NCBI GenBank assembly: GCA_903921325.1
Contig: CAIXPL010000016.1
Location: forward strand, 469,145-533,144
DNA from: an uncultured Pseudomonadota bacterium
GTDB lineage: Bacteria; Pseudomonadota; Gammaproteobacteria; Burkholderiales; SG8-39
Direction: 5' to 3'
Length of the DNA: 64,000 nt
Shown here: positions 53,122 through 61,729 of the stretch, piece after piece
Layout of the letters: each line of letters begins with the position of its first letter
How positions within the stretch are numbered: position 1 is the stretch's first letter
The notes under the pieces: model-generated
The model's database searches: none
What the model saw: only the letters and a program-made list of their open reading frames with translations
What the model was told of the DNA's origin: nothing
Program-made: the position numbers and the translations under genes

Positions 53122-54120
53122 ATGCTTGATACCGCAGTGGTGGGCCTTGGTTGGTGGGGCAGGGTGATCGTGCCCCTCGTGCAATCCAGTGCCGCGTTCA
53201 GGGTGCGCAGCGTGGTCGATCCGGATCGCGAGCGCGCCTTGCCATTTGCAAGCGAACGCGGCCTCAATCTCGCACCTGACCTGGGCTCGGTGCTGCGCGA
53301 TCCGGCGGTGCAGGCGGTGGTGCTGTGCACGCCGCACACCTTGCACTGCGAGCAGATCATTGCCGCGGCCGAAGCCGGTAAACACGTCTTTTGTGAAAAG
53401 CCGCTCTCGCTCAATCGCGCCGATGTGCTGCGCGCGGTGGCCGCCTGCGAGGCAAACGACGTGGTGCTCGCGGTCGGTCATGAACGCCGCTTCGAGCCGC
53501 CCGTGATCGAGGCGATGCGCCGGGTGCGCTCAGGCGAGCTGGGCCGCCCGCTGCAGGTGGAGGCCAATTTCAGTCAGGACAAATTCCTTGGCATGGCCGC
53601 AGACAACTGGCGCATGACCGAGCGCGAGGCCCCGGCCGGGCCGCTCACCGCAACCGGCATTCATCTGCTCGATCTTTCGGTCGGGGTGTTCGGGCCGGCG
53701 CAGCAGGTGTTTGCGAGCGTGCGCCAGCTGGGTAGCGATCTGCGCAATGGCGACACGCTGGCGATGCTTGTCACCTTCAAAGGCGGCGGGCACGCGCTCA
53801 TCAGCGCCATTCTTGCCACACCCTTCGTGGGGCGCTTTGCGGTGTATTGCAGCCGTGGCTGGGTGGAAGTACGCGATCGCGCCCATCCGGAATCGCCGCA
53901 AGGCTGGACTTTGACCGAGTGCGTGCGCGGGTCCGATCCGGTGAGCCGGGATTACCCGGCCGCCAGTTCGGTGCTTGCCAATCTGGAAGCCTTTGCGCGG
54001 GCGGCACAGGGCATCGAACCCTACCCGGTGAGCCGTGCGGAGATGATCGCCAATATCTCGGCGCTCGAGGCCGTCATTCGATCGACAGGCTCGGGCGCGG
54101 CGGAGGCGGTCGAGGGATAA
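53122..54120 (+). CDS. Gfo/Idh/MocA-family oxidoreductase
   Basis: VGLGWWG Rossmann motif and the EKP motif (FCEKPLS). Confidence 0.85.
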   Translation: MLDTAVVGLGWWGRVIVPLVQSSAAFRVRSVVDPDRERALPFASERGLNLAPDLGSVLRDPAVQAVVLCTPHTLHCEQIIAAAEAGKHVFCEKPLSLNRADVLRAVAACEANDVVLAVGHERRFEPPVIEAMRRVRSGELGRPLQVEANFSQDKFLGMAADNWRMTEREAPAGPLTATGIHLLDLSVGVFGPAQQVFASVRQLGSDLRNGDTLAMLVTFKGGGHALISAILATPFVGRFAVYCSRGWVEVRDRAHPESPQGWTLTECVRGSDPVSRDYPAASSVLANLEAFARAAQGIEPYPVSRAEMIANISALEAVIRSTGSGAAEAVEG

Positions 54121-54173
54121 TTGCGCCTGCCATTCCAAGACCTTAGTGTTACTGAACCCGGAAGGACCGAACC

Positions 54174-55310
54174 ATGAAACTCGGAACGTTCATGATGCCG
54201 CTGCACCCGCCGGGTCGCAATCCGGCTGAGACCCTGGCTGAGGACCGCGCGGCGATACTGCTTGCCGATCGTCTGGGCTATACCGAGGCCTATGTCGGTG
54301 AGCATGTGACCGATCTCGCCGAGAACGTCACCTCGTGCCTGATGTTTCTGGCGAGCCTGGCGGCCGAGACACGCCAGATCGTGTTGGGTAGTGGCACCAT
54401 CAACCTGCCCAATTCTCACCCGGCGGCGATTGCTGCACAGGTGGCGATGCTCGATCACATGCTCAAGGGTCGCTTTCATATGGGGATCAGCCCCGGGGGC
54501 CTGATGTCTGATGCCGAAGTGTTTGGCAATTACGGCAAGAACCGCAACGAGATGTTTGTCGAGGGCATCAATATGGTGCTCGATATCTGGGCCGGCAACC
54601 CGCCCTACGACCTGCAAGGCAAATACTTTCAGGTGAGCACCGCGCGCACCATGATCCCCGAGATCGGGCAGGGCATCATCCTGAAGCCCTATCAAAAGCC
54701 GCACCCAAAAATCATGGTGACCGTGGTGGCGCCGCACTCGCAAGGGGTGACGGAGGCAGCCAAGCGCGGCTGGTATCCGATCTCGGCCAATTTTCTGTTG
54801 CCGCAATGGGTGGCCTCGCACTGGCCCAAATATGTGGAAGGGCGCGCGGCGGTGGGGGCGGTGGCCGATCCGGCCGATTGGCGTGTGGCCAAGTCGATTT
54901 TTGTGGCAGACGATGAGGCCACGGCCAAGCGCTATGGGCATGGGCCGCAGGGGCCGTACTACTTTTATTTCAAGCAACTGACGCGCAAGCTGGTGGGGTT
55001 TGGCGGACGCGCGAATCTATTCAAGCTCGATCAGAGCGAACCCGATGAGCGGATCACACCGGAGTACGTCACCGAGAAGCTGGTGATTGCCGGTACGGTG
55101 GACAACGTGGTCGATCAGATTCTTGAGTTTCGTGAACAGACCGGGGATTTTGGGACGCTGTTGTACCCCTGCCATGACTGGGTTGACCCGAGCCTGGGCC
55201 AACGTTCGATGCAGTTGATGGCCGAAGAGGTGATGCCGCGGGTGAATCGGGCGCTCGGGGATAGTGCGCGTGCGCGTGGCATGACCGACGCGGCGCAGAG
55301 GCGCAGCTGA
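54174..55310 (+). CDS. LLM-class (luciferase-like) flavin-dependent monooxygenase
   Basis: MKLGTFMMPLHPPG start and LGYTEAYVGEH motif. 378 aa. Confidence 0.85.
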   Translation: MKLGTFMMPLHPPGRNPAETLAEDRAAILLADRLGYTEAYVGEHVTDLAENVTSCLMFLASLAAETRQIVLGSGTINLPNSHPAAIAAQVAMLDHMLKGRFHMGISPGGLMSDAEVFGNYGKNRNEMFVEGINMVLDIWAGNPPYDLQGKYFQVSTARTMIPEIGQGIILKPYQKPHPKIMVTVVAPHSQGVTEAAKRGWYPISANFLLPQWVASHWPKYVEGRAAVGAVADPADWRVAKSIFVADDEATAKRYGHGPQGPYYFYFKQLTRKLVGFGGRANLFKLDQSEPDERITPEYVTEKLVIAGTVDNVVDQILEFREQTGDFGTLLYPCHDWVDPSLGQRSMQLMAEEVMPRVNRALGDSARARGMTDAAQRRS

Positions 55311-55383
55311 TAGAGTTCTACTGGGTTTTCATCCAGTCAGCTGGCTGAATTTTGGCGGTCACACGAATCTGTTCAAACTTGAT

Positions 55384-56172
55384 ATGACGCTCTTCTCTGC
55401 ATTGGGGTTCCACTGGGACAGGTCACTCGTGCCTGCGCTCCTGCCCACGCATTCTGTTGAGCGAGTGGCCTTCCGCTTTCATCGCATGTTGCCCGAATTC
55501 GTCTGGGATGCCTCCGTCCTCGAAGGCAATCCATTCACCTTTCCGGAAGTCAAAACGTTGTTAGACGGTGTGACCATCGGCGGGCGAAAAATCTCGGATC
55601 AGGAGCAGGTCCTCAACCTGGCGGCGAGCTCCCGTCACCTTCTGGCATTGGTAAAGGCGGGCAAGTTTGCACTGGATAAAGCCACCTTCACCGAACTGCA
55701 TGGTCTTGTGGCCCGCAATGAGGCGCTCGAATGGGGGCTTTTTCGGGGTGAGGGCAAAGAAACGAGCTATACCCCTGATGTTGGCCTGGGTGAGCATGGT
55801 CGCTTCACGCCACTGGCAACAGTAGCCGGTGCGCCTGAGCTGAATCGTGTCTTTGCTATGGGTCTGCAAACGCTTCAACGCGAGGCAGAGCATCCTTTTG
55901 AAAAAGCGGCTGCTTTTTTCCTGTTCGGCGCATTGCAGCAGTTTTTCTTCGATGGCAACAAGCGCACATCGCGCTTCATGATGAATGGCATTCTGATGTC
56001 AGCCGGTATTGATGCGATTAGCGTCCCGGCCGCCAAGGCGCAACAATTCAACGAAAGCATGGTGCGGTTTTATCTAAAAAAAGACGCCACCGAAATGATG
56101 GCATTCCTGATCGAGTGCCATCCGGACGCGCAGACCATCCATCAGCACAACCCCGGTCGCTCAGCGGATTAA
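55384..56172 (+). CDS. Fic/Doc-family protein with a degenerate catalytic motif
   Basis: The motif QFFFDGNKRTSR at 55939-55974 aligns with Doc-type HxFxDGNKRT. Gln (CAG) sits where the catalytic His is expected. Lower-GC region. Confidence 0.7.
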   Translation: MTLFSALGFHWDRSLVPALLPTHSVERVAFRFHRMLPEFVWDASVLEGNPFTFPEVKTLLDGVTIGGRKISDQEQVLNLAASSRHLLALVKAGKFALDKATFTELHGLVARNEALEWGLFRGEGKETSYTPDVGLGEHGRFTPLATVAGAPELNRVFAMGLQTLQREAEHPFEKAAAFFLFGALQQFFFDGNKRTSRFMMNGILMSAGIDAISVPAAKAQQFNESMVRFYLKKDATEMMAFLIECHPDAQTIHQHNPGRSAD

Positions 56173-56176
56173 AGCA

Positions 56177-57211
56177 CTACAGCGCTCGTGCCGCTTCAAT
56201 CAGCGCCTTGACCGTGGCCGCTTCGATATTCCGGGTAATGAACACCAGCCGCGTCGATCGCTCGCCCCCGGGCCAGCGCTCAAGCTTGGCTGGCGGATGA
56301 AACACATGCTGCACGCCTTGCACCACCACCGGCTCGCCTTCGACATCGACAATGCCTTTCACGCGCAGCAGATCGGGTCCGCGCAGCGAGGTGAGCAAGT
56401 CCATGGCCGCGCTAAACACCGCCCAGCTGAACGGTTGATCGAACCGCAAGGAGAACGTGCGAATCGAGCGATCGTGAAGGCCGCGAAGCTGGGTGCCCAG
56501 ATAGGCCGCCTCATCAGTGCTGCCTGAATTCCAGCCCAGAAACCGATCCACCGCCCCCAGATCACTGCGCGCACTGCGCAGGCCCAGGTTGAGCAGAAAC
56601 TCCGGCTCAATCTCGCCCATCACCACCGTGCGCAGGGCGGCATGGCCATTGAGTGCCTGCAGGCGTGCCCGCAGCGAGGCAAGGGCCGCCTCGGTCACCA
56701 GATCGGACTTGGTGATCAACAAGCGATCAGCGATCGCCACCTGTTTGACGGCTTCGATCTGGCGATCGAGCTGATCGGGGGCGTTTAGCGCATCAACAAG
56801 GGTCACCACCCCATCGAGCCGGTAGTGCGCGCTGATGAGGGTATCCAGTGCAAACACCTGTACCACCGGGGCGGGGTCAGCCAGTCCGGTGGTCTCGATC
56901 ACCACCCGATCAAAATCAAACACCACACCAGAGCGTCGCTCGGAGAAGAGCGTGCGCAGAGTGTCTTGCAGATCGGTGCGCACCGAGCAGCAGACACAGC
57001 CATTGGCAAGCAGCGTCATGTTCTCCGATGACACGCTCACCAGATCGTGATCGATGCCGATCTCACCGAGCTCGTTGATCACAACAGCCACGCGCGACAT
57101 CTGTGGCTGTTGCACCAGGCGACTGATCAGGGTGGTTTTACCGGCGCCCAGAAAGCCGGTGAGAACGGTGACCGGGATGCGCCCGGCCAGGGCATCGCGT
57201 GAGGCGTTCAG
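56177..57211 (-). CDS. COG0523 (CobW/G3E-family) GTPase metallochaperone; start codon uncertain
   Basis: P-loop GFLGAGKTT and metal motif GCVCCS. The first canonical start (GTG 57115) lies downstream of the P-loop. An in-frame CTG at 57211 overlaps the upstream stop codon as CTGA. Confidence 0.8.
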   Translation of the reverse strand: MNASRDALAGRIPVTVLTGFLGAGKTTLISRLVQQPQMSRVAVVINELGEIGIDHDLVSVSSENMTLLANGCVCCSVRTDLQDTLRTLFSERRSGVVFDFDRVVIETTGLADPAPVVQVFALDTLISAHYRLDGVVTLVDALNAPDQLDRQIEAVKQVAIADRLLITKSDLVTEAALASLRARLQALNGHAALRTVVMGEIEPEFLLNLGLRSARSDLGAVDRFLGWNSGSTDEAAYLGTQLRGLHDRSIRTFSLRFDQPFSWAVFSAAMDLLTSLRGPDLLRVKGIVDVEGEPVVVQGVQHVFHPPAKLERWPGGERSTRLVFITRNIEAATVKALIEAARAL

Positions 57212-58461
57212 ATGTCGAGTTCCAGGATGTAGAGGCCACCGACGAAGCGATCGACCGCGTAGACGATGCGGTTTTCATCGACATAGACATCGTTGAACTG
57301 GATTGTTCCGGTGGGCGACAGGCGTGGTGCCCCCGGCACAAAATACGCAATCTCCTGCGGCTGGAACGGATCGCTCAGATCGTAGGCGCGCACGCCTGCG
57401 TTAAAGAAGCTGCCGATGATGATGTCCTCGGATTGAAACGAGGTGGCCAGGGGCAGATTCTCGTGCAGATTGTGCGCACCGAAGCGCCCGCCACGTTTGG
57501 CAAAGGCGCCATGCGGTGGCGGCGGGAAGGTGCCAATCGGGACCAGATTGGTCTCGACCCGGTTATCGACCACCCAGACCAGTTTTGGCCAATCCTCGCC
57601 CTTGTCCATCACGCACTCATCGCTCACGATGAGCAGATCGCGGCTGAAAAGCGGCAGCACCGTATGACAAAACCCGTTGAACGGAGGCGAGTAGCGCCAC
57701 TGGCTCACGAGCTTGGGGTTGGCGCGATCGGCAATGTCGAGCACACAGGCCCCGCCATCGATATAGCCCACATAGGCCCGATCGGGACGCTGCGGAAACA
57801 CATTGGTGTTGTGCGCCCGAAAACCCGCATCGTATTTGGGCGCAAGGCGCGAAGGGGGCGGCGCCGCATCGCCCTCGCGGGTGCCAGGCAGCCACCAGCG
57901 GCCGAGCTCCTGCGGTCGCGAGGTGTTGCGCACATCGACGATTTGATAGAACTGGTCATCGAGCGGATTGCGCGGCTGAAAGTCAGGCGCACCACCTGAG
58001 AGGTGCACCGTCTCGCCATCGACAAACCACAGCGCATGCACACCGCGCGAATGCGGGCCCGAGCAGTCGTAGTGCGAGATCAGGCGCGGGGTCTCGGGCC
58101 GGGAGATATCAAAAAGATCAAAGCCGGCGGGCTTGAGACCCACGGTGGTGGTCTGATAGGCCACTGCCATGATGTCACCGACCACATCGAGTGAATTGGA
58201 GCGCAGCTTTGCGTGCGGCAGTTCGGTCTGGGTGATCATGCGCGGGGCGCGCGGATCGGTGACATCGACGCCGGTAAAGTTCTTGGGTGCCGACTCGTGG
58301 GCCAGCCACAGGATGCGACGGCCATCGCGGGTGGCCTGCAGGGCCATGCCTTCGCCCAGGCCGCCAAAGCCGCCCAGATCATGGTGGGCGATCTGGCGCA
58401 TATTGAGGGCCAGAGTCTGATCGGCGCGCGCGGCCGGCGAGGGATTGCTCAGTGAGGACAT
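57208..58461 (-). CDS. LVIVD-repeat beta-propeller protein (COG5276-like)
   Basis: Repeated G..v.Dis.P..P segments (FDLFDISRPETPRL, CVLDIADRANPKL, VRAYDLSDPFQPQ). The start is ATG 58461. Confidence 0.6.
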   Translation of the reverse strand: MSSLSNPSPAARADQTLALNMRQIAHHDLGGFGGLGEGMALQATRDGRRILWLAHESAPKNFTGVDVTDPRAPRMITQTELPHAKLRSNSLDVVGDIMAVAYQTTTVGLKPAGFDLFDISRPETPRLISHYDCSGPHSRGVHALWFVDGETVHLSGGAPDFQPRNPLDDQFYQIVDVRNTSRPQELGRWWLPGTREGDAAPPPSRLAPKYDAGFRAHNTNVFPQRPDRAYVGYIDGGACVLDIADRANPKLVSQWRYSPPFNGFCHTVLPLFSRDLLIVSDECVMDKGEDWPKLVWVVDNRVETNLVPIGTFPPPPHGAFAKRGGRFGAHNLHENLPLATSFQSEDIIIGSFFNAGVRAYDLSDPFQPQEIAYFVPGAPRLSPTGTIQFNDVYVDENRIVYAVDRFVGGLYILELDI

Positions 58462-58588
58462 GGGCAGTGGGTCTGTGGTAGTTTGAGGGTCAATGCGGTG
58501 GCAGCAGCGGCAGTGCGAACAGCGAGCTCGACAGGTGGCTTTGCATGCGCGATTGACCGCCTGAGCGCCACCCCCAAGGGGGAGACTG

Positions 58589-59587
58589 ATGCAAAACCGT
58601 TCATGGACCACCGTGGCTATTGTCTGTGTGGCGCTCGCGCTCAGCCAGCCTGTCCGTTCGCAGACAGGGGCCAGCACGGCCGCGGCGTCATCATATCCCA
58701 GCCGCCCGGTGAAACTGGTGGCCACCTATCCGCCCGGGGGCAGCTCTGATCTGATGGCGCGCATCCTTGCGCAGAAATTGACCGAGCTGTGGGGCCAGCA
58801 GGTGATCGTCGATAACCGCGCCGGGGCCGCAGGATCGATCGGCATGGAGTACGCCGCGCACCAACCCGCCGATGGCTACAGTTTTGTGATCGGCAATCTG
58901 GGTCCGGCCGCGGTCAATCCGCTGATCACGCCAGTGGCCTATGACGTGGCGCGGGATTTTATTGCGGTGTCGATGATCTGCACCGGCCCGAACATCCTGG
59001 TGGTCAATAGCCAGTCGAGCATGAAGACGGTGCAGGATGTGCTCACCGAGGCACGCGCCCATCCGGGGACGCTCAATTTTGGGTCAGGGGGCACGGGTAG
59101 TCTGGCTCATCTGGGCGGCGAGTTACTGAAGCGCGAGGCATCGATCCAGATCACCCATGTGCCCTACAAAGGCGGGGTGTTGTCGGTGAATGACCTGCTC
59201 GCAGGCCAGGTGCAACTGGTGTTCTCTGATGCGCTGCCGGTGATGCAACACATTCGCGCAGGACGGCTAAGGGCGATCGGGATTACGGCCAGCCAACGCT
59301 CGGCGCTCGCACCGGAGATCGCGACCTTTGTGGAACAGGGGCTCACCGGCCTGGTGGCAACCAACTGGTGGGGGGCACTGCTGCCCGCAGGCACACCGGC
59401 AACCATCGTCGAGCGGCTGCATGATGGGCTGGTGCGGGCATTGGCCACGGCGGATGTGCGCGAGAAATTCGCACTGCTGGGCGTGGAGCCCGGGTCATCC
59501 AGCCCGGAGGCGTTCAAGGCGTTTATTCAGAGTGAAGCGGCACGGTATGGGAAGCTGGTGAAGGAGGCGGGGATCAGGGGGGAGTAG
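58589..59587 (+). CDS. Bug/TctC-family substrate-binding protein
   Basis: Signal peptide followed by YPSRPVKLVATYPPGG and HVPYKGG motifs. Confidence 0.85.
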   Translation: MQNRSWTTVAIVCVALALSQPVRSQTGASTAAASSYPSRPVKLVATYPPGGSSDLMARILAQKLTELWGQQVIVDNRAGAAGSIGMEYAAHQPADGYSFVIGNLGPAAVNPLITPVAYDVARDFIAVSMICTGPNILVVNSQSSMKTVQDVLTEARAHPGTLNFGSGGTGSLAHLGGELLKREASIQITHVPYKGGVLSVNDLLAGQVQLVFSDALPVMQHIRAGRLRAIGITASQRSALAPEIATFVEQGLTGLVATNWWGALLPAGTPATIVERLHDGLVRALATADVREKFALLGVEPGSSSPEAFKAFIQSEAARYGKLVKEAGIRGE

Positions 59588-59595
59588 GGGGGCTT

Positions 59596-60027
59596 ATGTC
59601 TGAATCGACGCGAATACACCCCGACAAGCTCCGGGCGTATCGGGCAAGCGAATACCGAATAGCCCAAGGCCCGCAAGCTATCGTCCTCAGAATCGGTCAG
59701 CGCTCGGCGCCACTGGCTGCCCTGTTTGCCACCCATGGTGCCACCTGCGGTGCGTTCATCACCGCCTGCAATCCGCACGGCACGCAACAGTCGGATGCGG
59801 CTAACGGTGAGTGCAATGCGCGACTGGCTGCGCATCTTCATTCGCTCGGCTTGCTCACTATCGAAGGCGCAGGCAGCGAGCCTGGTACGGACTGGCCAGC
59901 CGAGAAAAGCTTCTTTGTTTTTGGCCTTGCGCTTGCGCCCGCCAAGGCGATTGGCAGGCAGTTTGAGCAGGACGCGATCGTGTGGGTTGGACCTGATGTA
60001 GTGCCGCAATTGATACTGCTTCGGTGA
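59596..60027 (+). CDS. DUF3293-family protein
   Basis: 143 aa. GAFITACNPHG and WPAEKSFFVFG segments match my recollection of DUF3293. Confidence 0.5.
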   Translation: MSESTRIHPDKLRAYRASEYRIAQGPQAIVLRIGQRSAPLAALFATHGATCGAFITACNPHGTQQSDAANGECNARLAAHLHSLGLLTIEGAGSEPGTDWPAEKSFFVFGLALAPAKAIGRQFEQDAIVWVGPDVVPQLILLR

Positions 60028-60115
60028 AAGAGGGGCACTACACAAGGGCTGAGGACATTTGCCGCAGTTTTGCAGGTAACAGCACGCTCATCTGGTGAGC
60101 CACTGATCAGGTAAA

Positions 60116-61174
60116 TTGCCGGGAAGGTATTCGTTTGGGCGAGGCGATTTGTCCACCGGGGTTCACAGGTACGCAGGATCGATTCGAGGCGTGTTGCTCG
60201 CCCTCGCAGTGTTATGCGCGCATGGCGCTTACGCCGATGACTTCGAAGATGGTGTGGAAGCCTATTGGAGCGGTGATTACGCAACAGCACTGGCCAAGCA
60301 TCGCCCTCTGGCTCAGAGCGGCAACACTCGTTCGCAATACCGACTGGGTGTCATGTACGCCCACGGTCAGGGTGTGCGGCGCGATGACCAAGAAGCGCTG
60401 CGCTGGTACCGCCTTGCCGCCGAGCAAGGTGAGGCGTGGGCGCAGTTCAGTTTAGGCACCATGTACGCGCAAGGCTGGGGAGTGCCGCGAGACTACAAAG
60501 CGGCGATGCGCTGGTATCGCCTCAGCGCAGAGCAAGGTGATGCCCGGGCGCAGTACCAATTGGGCGCCATGTACGCCCGCGGCGAAGGGGCTCGGCGCGA
60601 CTACAAAGAAGCCAGGCGTTGGTATCTTCTGGCGGCGGAGCAGGATTTTGCAGATGCGCAGGAGAGTTTGGCTGTCATGTATGTCACCGGCGAGGGTGTA
60701 CGGCAGGACGCCAACGAAGCCCAGCACTGGTACCGCCTCGCTGGCATGCCGCAAGGCATGCATGCCCTGGGTTATCGCATCCCGGAAGATCCCTTTGAGG
60801 CTATACGCTTGATTCGACTCTCCCTTGAGCGAGATGATCAGAACGCGCGCTACAACAAGCAGGGCGATCTGCATAACAAGCCGCGTGGCAACCTGCAGGA
60901 CTACAAAGAAGCGATGCGCTGGTATCGCCTTGCGGCCGAGCAGGGTGATGCGCTGGCGCAGATCACCCTGGGCATGATGTATTACAAAGGCCAGGGCACG
61001 CCGAAGGATTATGTTCACGCCTACCTGTGGGAAACCCTGGCAGCGGCACAGTGGAACGAGAGGGCGGTTGACAACCGAGCCATCGTCGCAAGCAAAATGA
61101 TGCCTTCGCAGCTTGAGCAGGCAAAGACATTGGCCAGGGAATGCGTGGCGAGGAACTTCAAGAGTTGTGATTAG
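60116..61174 (+). CDS. Sel1-repeat (SLR/TPR-like) protein, probably secreted
   Basis: At least five tandem A.Y.LG.MY..G.GV..D...A..WY..AA.QG units. The likely start is TTG 60149, giving the signal peptide ...RGVLLALAVLCAHGAYA. Confidence 0.85.
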   Translation: MPGRYSFGRGDLSTGVHRYAGSIRGVLLALAVLCAHGAYADDFEDGVEAYWSGDYATALAKHRPLAQSGNTRSQYRLGVMYAHGQGVRRDDQEALRWYRLAAEQGEAWAQFSLGTMYAQGWGVPRDYKAAMRWYRLSAEQGDARAQYQLGAMYARGEGARRDYKEARRWYLLAAEQDFADAQESLAVMYVTGEGVRQDANEAQHWYRLAGMPQGMHALGYRIPEDPFEAIRLIRLSLERDDQNARYNKQGDLHNKPRGNLQDYKEAMRWYRLAAEQGDALAQITLGMMYYKGQGTPKDYVHAYLWETLAAAQWNERAVDNRAIVASKMMPSQLEQAKTLARECVARNFKSCD

Positions 61175-61483
61175 GTGCCTGAAACTGCAACCGACTGACA
61201 CACGGGCTTACTCTAAGACCGGCGAGTTACCCTATCCCCTAATCGGAACTCTTTTTCGCGCGAGGTGACCGTTGTAGGCGAAAAAGTAAGTCGAGAAGCA
61301 GGGAGAAATCTCGCGTGCTCCCTGGAAACCACGAGGTGGCCTTATTTTTGGCGGAACTGGTCAGCGCGTACCTTGCCCGCCAGGTTCGCTCACGCGCAAG
61401 AACATGCGTGGAGTACGCTAGTGGGACTGGTATACGATCTGCCAAAAGCCCGTCAACTTTGGCAATCTTGGACACTTTTCTTG

Positions 61484-61681
61484 ATGGTCAAGCCTAAATT
61501 TCGCATCCGGACGATCACCGAAGTCGCTGAAGACCTCAAGGCTGTCGAGCGGACTCATTACCGTATGGCTGCCGCCGAGATGGTGCCAGCCTTAAAAAAC
61601 GGAGGAACCTGGCGTTTCCCGCGGGTCGACGTCGATAGCTGGATCGGGCAGCAGTCGATGGGGACTCGAAACCATTCGTGA
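61484..61681 (+). CDS. excisionase/AlpA-type helix-turn-helix (HTH_17-like) DNA-binding protein
   Basis: 65 aa. TITEVAEDLKAVERTHYRMAAAEMVPALKNGGTWRFPRVDVDSWI follows the HTH_17 pattern (..RWRF....L..WI). Confidence 0.6.
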   Translation: MVKPKFRIRTITEVAEDLKAVERTHYRMAAAEMVPALKNGGTWRFPRVDVDSWIGQQSMGTRNHS

Positions 61682-61729
61682 ACAAGATAGCGATGCCACT
61701 GGCGAAACGAACAATGGAGAGCGAAAGTA

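Noticed and set aside
61381-61395. GGTTCGCT resembling a tRNA T-loop near the putative island edge
   Set aside because: The flanking sequence cannot form T or acceptor stems, so there is no tRNA or tRNA fragment.
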